A stretch of 63,755 bases of DNA, the filler included, from Octopus bimaculoides (Eukaryota): the NCBI RefSeq assembly GCF_001194135.2. It is 7 parts of 7 records of this genome, joined end to end, with 100 filler letters (N's around TTAATTAATTAA, not from the genome) between each part and the next. Parts side by side here need not be neighbours in the genome. Positions count along the whole stretch, not along the records: positions 1 to 9,052 come from NC_068986.1; positions 9,153 to 19,556 come from NC_068994.1; 5 more parts are not named here. One strand, 5' to 3'. Within the stretch, counting starts at the first letter, position 1. The number at the start of each line of letters is the position of its first letter. This document shows, in pieces, positions 1-9,609 of this stretch. Made by a program: the position numbers and the translations under genes. The notes beneath the pieces are model-generated. The model saw only the letters and a list, made by a program, of their open reading frames with translations. It was not told the DNA's origin and searched no databases.

Positions 1-1860
1 ATTTTAATCGATTTAAATTTCCTTTCTATTTGAAAATTAGTTATGAAACACGTGTAGTCATTTTATTATCTTTATCTTATGATATTTACTTTGTTTTATA
101 TTATACTCATTTATTGTGCTTTTAATTAATAGTGATAGTGGATTTTCATCGATGAGTTCTTGAAACTTGGTTATTTTCCCTAAAACTATATATTTTATAT
201 ATATTTTATCTATAAAGCTCAATTTAATTTTGATTTTTTATAAATTGATTTTAATTGAGTTTTTACCTGTAATTTTGGATTTTGTCCCTAATATTATTAT
301 ATATGTATATATATATATGTATGTGTGAGGGCGTGTGTGAGTGTGTATTTGTTTATACTATTGCTTCTTTACTAAATGTAGTAGTTATAATTTATATTTA
401 TTAATTGTGCATTTATTGGTACGTTAATATTTTAGTGAGTTTAAAGATTTAATATTGTAATGACACTACGATTTTTATAAGATTAATAATATAAATATTT
501 TTATGAATTAAATTAATAATAGTATTTTAGCTTATTTCATATATATTATTTAAGTTATGTTTCTTAGTCTTATTATTTAAAATTTATAATTACTTAGAAT
601 TTAGAATTCATTAAAACGTTTTACAATATAGCTGATTGTTTTTTTACGATGTAAGTTATATAAAGTTTAAATCTGTCATTCATGATTTTATGAATAATCC
701 TGTCATTCATGTTTTTGTATCTCTATATTCTATTCTCTATCTTAATGTAGTATCTTCGCACGACCTCTTTCTAATAAACGCTCTAGTTCTGAGTTTAACG
801 TTTAAGTTTTAGTTTGAACTGCAGCAGCTTAGCGATAAGTATCGTTTTTAACTTTGTTAAATAACTTTATACCATTGTTTGAAAAAAATATGTATTTTTA
901 TATTATTCAATTGATTTTTAATGATAATTTTAGTCGATAACTATTTTAACACTAAATTAATTAGTAGTAAGTGTATCATCTTAGCCTAAACTAAGACTTC
1001 GATTAGATTAGGGTTGAATTTTTTTCCATTAATAATGTTTAATATTTCTTTCTATTTTATGCGATAAATAACTAGTCTTTTTATTTAATTTCTTTGATTA
1101 TACAATATCGTTAATTGTTTTGTTATGACTTAAGTTATATAAAGTTTAATCTTTTATTCATAATAACATTTTCATTCATATTTTTATATCTTTTTATTCC
1201 TTTTCTTTACGCAATATTTTCAAGAGGCTTCTTTTAAATAAACATTTTTAGTCTAAAATAGTCTAGCTTAAACTATTGCATCGTTTAGATATGTGCTAAT
1301 TCTATCTTTATTATTTTAACCTAAAACTTCGTTCAAATTGTATTTTAAACGAAAAATTCGTTAAAGATCGTTTTTGCATGTAATATTCCTGTTAGCTTAT
1401 ATTATAATGGACGTAGGGTTGATTATTGAATGTTTATAATTTTGATATTTTTAATAATATTTTTCTTTCTTAATATAAGTATTTTATATACGTTCATTTG
1501 TTATTTATTGTTGGTTGACATATATACATTCTTTTTTAATTATTATTGTTGTATTTTGACCTGAAGATTAGCTATGATTTTGAATAGAATTGATTTTCGA
1601 TAGTTTTAATCGATTTACATTTTCTTTCAGTTTGAAAATTGGTTATGAAACACGTGTAGTCGTTTTATTATCTTTATCATATGATATTTANNNNNNNNNN
1701 NNNNNNNNNNNNNNATATATTATACTGTGAAACTTAATTTAATTTTAATTTTTAATAAATTAAATTTAATTGAAATTTTATCTGTAAATTTGGATTTTTA
1801 TCCCTAATATATATATATATATATATAAATGTGTGTATGTATGAATCTATGTGTGCGTGT
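1..1860 (+). repeat. Direct repeat (1-~330 recurs at ~1603-1860, offset 1602 bp) around an AT-rich interior; possible Penelope pLTR pair
   Basis: ttttaatcgattta...ttatgaaacacgtgtagtc...ctttatc.tatgatattta occurs at the window start and near 1605-1690; aattttggatttt.tccctaatat is also shared. A homologous fragment (gatagtggattttcatc..gagttc.tgaaacttggtt.ttttccctaaaac) lies on the minus strand near 24490-24570. Confidence 0.6.
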
Positions 1861-1945
1861 GTCTGTGTTTGTTCCTCCATCACCGTTTGACAACCGACGT
1901 TTGTGTGTTTACGTCCCGTAACCTAGCGGTTTGGTAAAAGAGATA
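1850..1945 (+). mobile_element. SINE family A, 3' fragment
   Basis: gtgtttgttcctccatcaccgtttgacaaccgacg...cgtaacctagcggtttggtaaaagag matches the 3' half of the full copy at 34882-35276. Confidence 0.7.
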
Positions 1946-2247
1946 GATAGGTGTATGAATATGTATACACGTGGTTAGCAGGTACCGTTTCTTTTCTTGC
2001 TTCCTTTTACATACTCTGCTTTTCAGTCGTATTCTACTTTGATAAGTGTTCACCTGAAATGTTACTCTACTTCTTTACCATTTCCTTTATTCAACATACA
2101 ATTTATTATCACAACTTCATCTTAAATGTTTGTACGTTTGCATTTTTCCACTACCTTCTGAATATTTGTCCATCTGTTGTAACCGCTCATATTATGCAAC
2201 GTTGTCCTTTCGTTGCATTTCTTTCCTTTTAACTATATACATACGAG

Positions 2248-2249
<2 letters not shown>

Positions 2250-2306
<57 letters not shown>

Positions 2307-2340
2307 GTCTGTCTGTCTGTCTGCCTGCCTGCCTGCATGC

Positions 2341-2414
<74 letters not shown>

Positions 2415-2458
2415 GCCTGCCTGCCTGCCTGTCTGTCTGTCTGTCGGTCAGTCTCTCT
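2250..2458. repeat. Compound (TATC)n/(TGTC)n/(TGCC)n microsatellite
   Basis: Directly visible tetranucleotide runs. Confidence 0.95.
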
Positions 2459-4132
2459 ACCTATACTTGAACAGTATATGTTATTCCTCCAGGGCCTGAT
2501 TTATAGGGGTGCGGAGAGGCAGTTGCCCCTGGTATCTGATATATATATTTCCCCGCTCTACGAAGGGCATGTAACACTCGAACAAGGAGCCTCCCTTCTC
2601 AACAATCTGGCATGATGAGGCTCTCTTTCAATATACAAAGGTATCTTGACTTCTTAAAAAATGTAATGGATTCTTTTCTTATGATAAATAACCATAGATA
2701 TTGCCTCCTTAGAGACACCAGTTAATTCAATTAAAAAGCAGTTTACTCTCCAATTCCAAAGCAACTTACAATTGGGAATTGTTGCTGCTTTTGGGACAAC
2801 GACATAAAAAAGAGAAACAACAGAACTCTCCTGAAAATGTACGTACGTAATGTATATATGTATGTATGTATGTATGTGTGTGCGTGTATGTTTGTGTGTG
2901 TGTGTGTTTGTGTAAGTATGAATGTATATAAAGATGAAGAGATTGAGAGAAAGAACTTGTCTCTCGGTCAGATTCCTTCTTTCAACGCATCACTGAGCAA
3001 TGACCTTGGCTTGACTGATCACAGTTAAAGGCACACATGCACGTCCAGANNNNNNNNNNNNNNNNNNNNNNNNNNNNNNNNNNNNNNNNNNNNNNNNNNN
3101 NNNNNNNNNNNNNNNNNNNNNNNNNNNNNNNNNNNNNNNNNNNNNNNNNNNNNNNNNNNNNNNNNNNNNNNNNNNNNNNNNNNNNNNNNNNNNNNNNNNN
3201 NNNNNNNNNNNNNNNNNNNNNNNNNNNNNNNNNNNNNNNNNNNNNNNNNNNNNNNNNNNNNNNNNNNNNNNNNNNNNNNNNNNNNNNNNNNNNNNNNNNN
3301 NNNNNNNNNNNNNNNNNNNNNNNNNNNNNNNNNNNNNNNNNNNNNNNNNNNNNNNNNNNNNNNNNNNNNNNNNNNNNNNNNNNNNNNNNNNNNNNNNNNN
3401 NNNNNNNNNNNNNNNNNNNNNNNNNNNNNNNNNNNNNNNNNNNNNNNNNNNNNNNNNNNNNNNNNNNNNNNNNNNNNNNNNNNNNNNNNNNNNNNNNNNN
3501 NNNNNNNNNNNNNNNNNNNNNNNNNNNNNNNNNNNNNNNNNNNNNNNNNNNNNNNNNNNNNNNNNTCTTTCTTTGATTCTTCATAATTTTTTTTCCAAAC
3601 TAATATCTACTTTGATAATTTTCCAGCTAAAAAAAAAAAAAGTGTAAATTGGGGCAAAATGACTAATGACTAATTTTAGTAATTACTTCTCTTTAACTGC
3701 ATGGTGCACAAATATATCTGGAAGAAAGCTACTCCAGCAGATAGTGAAGAAGCTATAAAAAGTATTTTATGTTGAGGTTTTAGATTTAGTTGGGTTTCAT
3801 TAATTTCATATGTACTATTTTACCATGGTCCTCTTGACCAAGATATTTAAAATTTTTGTTGCGTTTCTGATCTTTCTGATGTCTAAGGATAGATGTTTGG
3901 CGAGTATGTGGGTGAGAATGTGTGTGTTTCAAGCGAGCGTGGTTGAGTATACACATATAGGGGAATGTACGGATTGGTACGCTTACGCGAACAATTTAGA
4001 CTTCTCTACTCCCTTACTTTTACTCCCTCCCCTTACTTAGCGGTCCATAGCTCTTTTGTCTTAATAACGGTCAACCACACAGTAATTTCCCTTTGTTTAA
4101 CGGTCATTTTTCACAGGAAATTTCAATGGCCG

Positions 4133-4193
4133 GATAACTGAAGAGATGGTGGTGTGGGTTCCCACCCCGGCATCCAAAACTCGGAGTTTTATC
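4133..4193 (+). ncRNA. Type I hammerhead ribozyme motif, probably inactivated (G12->A), in a Penelope-like pLTR
   Basis: GAUAA-CUGAAGA-GAUG..CAUC-C-AAAAC-UC-G-GA-GUU-UUAUC: helix I 5 bp, helix II 4 bp, helix III ACUC/GAGU with a 1-nt loop; the GAAA core reads AAAA. Confidence 0.6.
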
Positions 4194-5940
4194 ATGGTTA
4201 CCGAATAAGTGTCACATATTTTTACAAATAAATTCCTCTATTTACATAATATTGAGGTCTATTTCTTTCTTTTCTTGTCCTTTCTATCAATATNNNNNNN
4301 NNNNNNNNNNNNNNNNNNNNNNNNNNNNNNNNNNNNNNNNNNNNNNNNNNNNNNNNNNNNNNNNNNNNNNNNNNNNNNNNNNNNNNNNNNNNNNNNNNNN
4401 NNNNNNNNNNNNNNNNNNNNNNNNNNNNNNNNNNNNNNNNNNNNNNNNNNNNNNNNNNNNNNNNNNNNNNNNNNNNNNNNNNNNNNNNNNNNNNNNNNNN
4501 NNNNNNNNNNNNNNNNNNNNNNNNNNNNNNNNNNNNNNNNNNNNNNNNNNNNNNNNNNNNNNNNNNNNNNNNNNNNNNNNNNNNNNNNNNNNNNNNNNNN
4601 NNNNNNNNNNNNNNNNNNNNNNNNNNNNNNNNNNNNNNNNNNNNNNNNNNNNNNNNNNNNNNNNNNNNNNNNNNNNNNNNNNNNNNNNNNNNNNNNNNNN
4701 NNNNNNNNNNNNNNNNNNNNNNNNNNNNNNNNNNNNNNNNNNNNNNNNNNNNNNNNNNNNNNNNNNNNNNNNNNNNNNNNNNNNNNNNNNNNNNNNNNNN
4801 NNNNNNNNNNNNNNNNNNNNNNNNNNNNNNNNNNNNNNNNNNNNNNNNNNNNNNNNNNNNNNNNNNNNNNNNNNNNNNNNNNNNNNNNNNNNNNNNNNNN
4901 NNNNNNNNNNNNNNNNNNNNNNNNNNNNNNNNNNNNNNNNNNNNNNTATATATATACACATACACACACAAACACACACACACACATACATTTTCACTTT
5001 GGAGTTGCTTAGTCTGGCAAATGATCTGATGTGTGAAGCAATTACATTGTAAAAGAGCTATTTTAGTCATTTTGAAGACATAAAACTGTTAAATTTGCTT
5101 TTCATTTAAATCAAAGCTTTCGTTGCATAACTGGGATCTAGACACTCATTGAATTCCACCGCAAATATTTTACTGTTTTTATCTACCGAGTATAAGTATT
5201 AGGAAGAAATACTTCAGAAGCAGAGGTTTAAAAGAAATTCTCTGAAAAAATTTTCTCGCATTACATGAAGATAAACAATGCCTTAAGATCGAGACTGTGA
5301 AATCTATGATAGCTCGCATTGTAAGTTAATTTGTGTGGTCTAGAGTTTTGTGTGTGTATGTATAAATATTTGTGAGTATGAGTATCTATGTACTGTGTAT
5401 GTAAGCATCTATTTATGTGCATATGTGTTTGCATGTATGTTTGTATGCATGATGTATATGTACATATATGTGTGTACATGTGTGTGCATGTGTCATTAGA
5501 TAAAGCATCACTAACGATCTACTTGCTAAATGTTGAAGAAATGCTGCATATTTTCACTGTACGGCTTGATACTCAGCTTGTAGAAAGCGTGCACTTTTCT
5601 TTAGGTATTCAGTAACATCATCTAGTGCCCCATTGATTACTGGTACAGGTGTAAATTTACTTTCTGAGTAGTGGAACTGGAGATCCAGAAGCAATGGTTC
5701 CTAAATTTTTTCTTTTTCATTGATTTTGAAAGGCATGCTGATATTCGCTTGAAAGTTAGCTTCTATATCTGTACATAATATTGTTTTTTTTATGTCCCAA
5801 ACTGATATATCAAATTTGTATTTAAACGTGTGCTGGAATATATAAATGTACATAAATCAAAATAAAATTTGCCCCGATCTTTATAAGTATTCTACAGAAA
5901 TAACACACTTGTCAGAATTTGTGCTTCACTACCTACGAAA

Positions 5941-5945
<5 letters not shown>

Positions 5946-6008
<63 letters not shown>
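5946..6008. repeat. (CA)n microsatellite running into a gap
   Basis: Visible run. Confidence 0.95.
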
Positions 6009-6859
6009 NNNNNNNNNNNNNNNNNNNNNNNNNNNNNNNNNNNNNNNNNNNNNNNNNNNNNNNNNNNNNNNNNNNNNNNNNNNNNNNNNNNNNNNNNNNN
6101 NNNNNNNNNNNNNNNNNNNNNNNNNNNNNNNNNNNNNNNNNNNNNNNNNNNNNNNNNNNNNNNNNNNNNNNNNNNNNNNNNNNNNNNNNNNNNNNNNNNN
6201 NNNNNNNNNNNNNNNNNNNNNNNNNNNNNNNNNNNNNNNNNNNNNNNNNNNNNNNNNNNNNNNNNNNNNNNNNNNNNNNNNNNNNNNNNNNNNNNNNNNN
6301 NNNNNNNNNNNNNNNNNNNNNNNNNNNNNNNNNNNNNNNNNNNNNNNNNNNNNNNNNNNNNNNNNNNNNNNNNNNNNNNNNNNNNNNNNNNNNNNNNNNN
6401 NNNNNNNNNNNNNNNNNNNNNNNNNNNNNNNNNNNNNNNNNNNNNNNNNNNNNNNNNNNNNNNNNNNNNNNNNNNNNNNNNNNNNNNNNNNNNNNNNNNN
6501 NNNNNNNNNNNNNNNNNNNNNNNNNNNNNNNNNNNNNNNNNNNNNNNNNNNNNNNNNNNNNNNNNNNNNNNNNNNNNNNNNNNNNNNNNNNNNNNNNNNN
6601 NNNNNNNNNNNNNNNNNNNNNNNNNNNNNNNNNNNNNNNNNNNNNNNNNNNNNNNNNNNNNNNNNNNNNNNNNNNNNNNNACACACACACACACACACAC
6701 ATCACGCATCACACATGCCTGCGCGAGCATGTACACACACACACGTATGTGTGAGTGTATGTATACTTGCATATATATTGGGGCGATGCAAAATAACTTA
6801 TCATTTCAAAAAAACAATGAAGACATCTAATTTTATTTAATTTAGTGCAGAAACTCGAC

Positions 6860-7957
6860 ATGCAAAATTTCAGCACTATTGAAGAGATTTTAGAGGTTGC
6901 TACCATCCACTGAACATTTTGTATATTGTTATTTTTCATCTTGTATCTATTGTATATTTTCTGTCTCTTTGCCATCTCCTACTGGCCCTAACATACAACT
7001 GTTTAAGAGATTCAAAGCAAAGTGGGTGGAAATTGACAAGAACAATTATCAAAGAGCAACAGACGACCCTAACAGAGAAAATCTCAGATGTTGAAGAAAC
7101 CATTCAGTTTGCTCAAACTCAGCTTCATGAACAGCAGCCTCGTGATAACTTCAAGGAATTGCTCGAGCTAACGCCCATTTTCCTCGGTAATACCCTCAAG
7201 TCAGGAGTGAGCTTTAAAGCACCTGGCGGTTATCATAGAGCATGATGGATGGCCAAGCTAATTTATTGCAATATAATTTGGATGTTTAAATCTCAGTTTA
7301 AACTGAGAGAGAGGAAAAAGAACTGAGAGATGCTTGCTGCTTTTCAGCTGCGATATACATCAGATCGTGATACTTGGCACCCATACCCTCATGCGCCACC
7401 CGTTCAGATTTGCATTTTGTTCAAAGTGTGCAGCGCTACAAGCAAAAGAATGACAAAATTGCAAGTGTTGCACTCAATAAGTTTTTGAGACACTTGTGGT
7501 ACCTCTCTGAGAAGCTTGTGGCGCTTACATTCTTTGATTCAGCTGTTTCGCTTGAGCCAAAAACAAAATGAAGCATGCTCTACAGAAAACAGTTGACTCA
7601 AAACCGAACAAATGAGCATCAATAAATCCTGAATCAGCTGGGCTGAAACAACTGCAGGATTTCATTACTGCCAACGCAAAAAGATACTTTGAAATCCTGG
7701 CGGTGCCTTGCACTTTTCTTGAAAGAAATGCTGAAGAATGGAATGATGATGAAAGTTATGTGAAAGCAAGAGATACCACATATGGACTCAAAATGGCAAA
7801 CGATATTGCGGAAAGAGGCGTACAGCTGATGGAGGAATACTACAAGCTGATAACCAATGATGAAGAGCAGAAACAATACCTTCTTCAAATTGCTAAAACT
7901 TACAGGTCGTCACTCTCAAACAAAAACAAGAAAACATTACTCTTGCTTCACAAATAA
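6860..7957 (+). mobile_element. Degenerate hAT-superfamily (hATm-like) transposase relic
   Basis: Frameshifted fragments read SPTGPNIQLFKRF..W..ID, QPRDNFKELLEL..FLG, PGGYHRA*WMAKLIY, RHLWYLSEKLVALTFFD and ANDIAERGVQLMEEY...DEEQKQYLLQ, with stops and frameshifts. Subfamily name is from recall of the motif set. Confidence 0.75.
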
Positions 7958-8139
7958 ACTTACATAAGTGGTTATTATGTGCCTACTGGGGAAACTTCTA
8001 CATAAAAAAGTTAACGCGATATGCGCTGTACCTCACTACGTACTATAGTCAAGAATATCATCGTTTTTTCAAACTAGGTTAACTAGAAAATTACTATTTT
8101 AAAATCTCACAACGAGAGATATTCAGCAACAGTACTTTG

Positions 8140-8273
8140 GAGTAAAGACTGTTTGCCAACGTAACAGATCGTGTCGTATAGCCAACTATAGACGATGTCT
8201 CCTGGGGCTAAATTGCAGCAACATTCGTCCTAAACCAGGGCTGCCATGTTATGTTGGCAAACAATCTTTACTC
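8140..8273. repeat. 27-bp inverted repeat pair (MITE-like, 134 bp)
   Basis: gagtaaagactgtttgccaacgtaaca (8140-8166) vs tgttatgttggcaaacaatctttactc (8247-8273), 2 mismatches; no clear TSD. Confidence 0.55.
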
Positions 8274-9096
8274 ATGAGTTAACTAGGTATATATCAAACC
8301 CGTTCCAGCAAAAATATCAACAAAATAATATTTTTGAGCACAAACTGAAATACATTTATTTTTAAAGCTTGGTAGCAACTTCTAATTTTCTCTTTTCAGC
8401 CCCAAGTTTCGCATACAATGCTTCCTTAGGAATATGAATAGAATATAATAGGAAACAGTATGTTAATCCGACACTATGTGTATAAAACTTTTCTAAGCTT
8501 TTTTATTTTTAACCTGCAGTAACTTTCTTTTTATTGGAGACTTTGACCTACAGATTGACAGCTTATATGTTTTTGTAGTATAAGATTTAATTAATAAGAA
8601 AAGGTAGATCCTATAGGGAAGTCAAAATCTGTAGTCTGTGTAATTTGCTTTCCTGTTCATTGTAATTTCTAGGCCTTTTTTTAGACGCGCTTTTCCGCAA
8701 CTCGTCTATTTGATCAAGTATACATCGAAGCATGTTGCTCGGCTCTTAGAATACCGTCAGGTGCTTACAGCCTTCTGCCAGCCGAGCAATGCGATCGATG
8801 GATGGGCGTTCTACTGAGGATTACTGGCAGGTAAGAGCGAAGACGTTGTCAGGGAAGCTCCAGGAGTTAACTGCAGGGCGGGCGGGTCGGCGGCAGAAAA
8901 ATCGGGGATGCACCGGCCGTGTAGAGTCGATCACGCACCGGATAACGTGGGGCTAACCGTCGACAGAAAGGAGAGACGAGAAACCAGCGAGCGAGCGCGG
9001 AAGGCTGCGTCCCGGCTGCGTGAGCAACGGTGTGCAGGCGCACGGCAGCGACNNNNNNNNNNNNNNNNNNNNNNNNNNNNNNNNNNNNNNNNNNNN

Positions 9097-9108
9097 TTAA
9101 TTAATTAA
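9097..9108. other. Artificial spacer TTAATTAATTAA inside a 100-bp pad (also 19601, 42964, 50539, 55883, 61734)
   Basis: Each copy sits between exactly 44 N and 44 N and gives stops in all six frames. Confidence 0.95.
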
Positions 9109-9220
9109 NNNNNNNNNNNNNNNNNNNNNNNNNNNNNNNNNNNNNNNNNNNNTCCATGTTGATTGTAACTTCCATTGTTTGGTGTCTCCTCACATTTCTT
9201 TATCATTGGTTTGTCAACAG

Positions 9221-9374
9221 AAATACTGTCAACCTGTTGTGGTGACATCAAGTGATGATGCTGTGGAAGATAATGCTGCTATGGTTTGTAACTATACATC
9301 AGATACAATGTCATCTAAGAGAAGTGGTAGACAAGGCGACTTGAAACATTACGAAGAAATACCAGGAGTATCAG
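9221..9374 (+). CDS. Candidate internal exon, probable protocadherin cytoplasmic tail
   Basis: Pyrimidine-rich acceptor ...tttgtcaacAG at 9219-9220; open frame KYCQPVVVTSSDDAVEDNAAMVCNYTSDTMSSKRSGRQGDLKHYEEIPGVS-G; donor CAG|GTTAAT at 9375. Family assignment rests on resemblance to octopus protocadherin tails from memory and on locus context. Confidence 0.55.
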
Positions 9375-9532
9375 GTTAATAACTGAACTGGTTTTTTTTA
9401 CTTCATTTTTATTTCATATTGACATTTATTAATTATCTCTAATTCTTCAATGCATATTAAATTGTTTTTTTGTCTATGTATACATATGTTTTAGTATATT
9501 GTCAGAAATGTCTATTATCATCTAAATTTCAG

Positions 9533-9609
9533 ATCAAAATATATATAAAAACAATGATACATCAACATCAAAAGATTCCAGTGAAGAAACACCAGTGAAA
9601 CATGTGTAA
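9533..9609 (+). CDS. Candidate terminal coding exon joined in phase 1 to 9221-9374
   Basis: Acceptor aaatttcAG at 9531-9532; G|AT restores the frame, giving DQNIYKNNDTSTSKDSSEETPVKHV*; AATAAA at 9685-9690. Confidence 0.45.

Noticed and set aside
5200-5620. Two exon-like blocks with a gtaagt donor and ag acceptor around a microsatellite
   Set aside because: In-frame stops and no recognisable motif; cannot support a gene.
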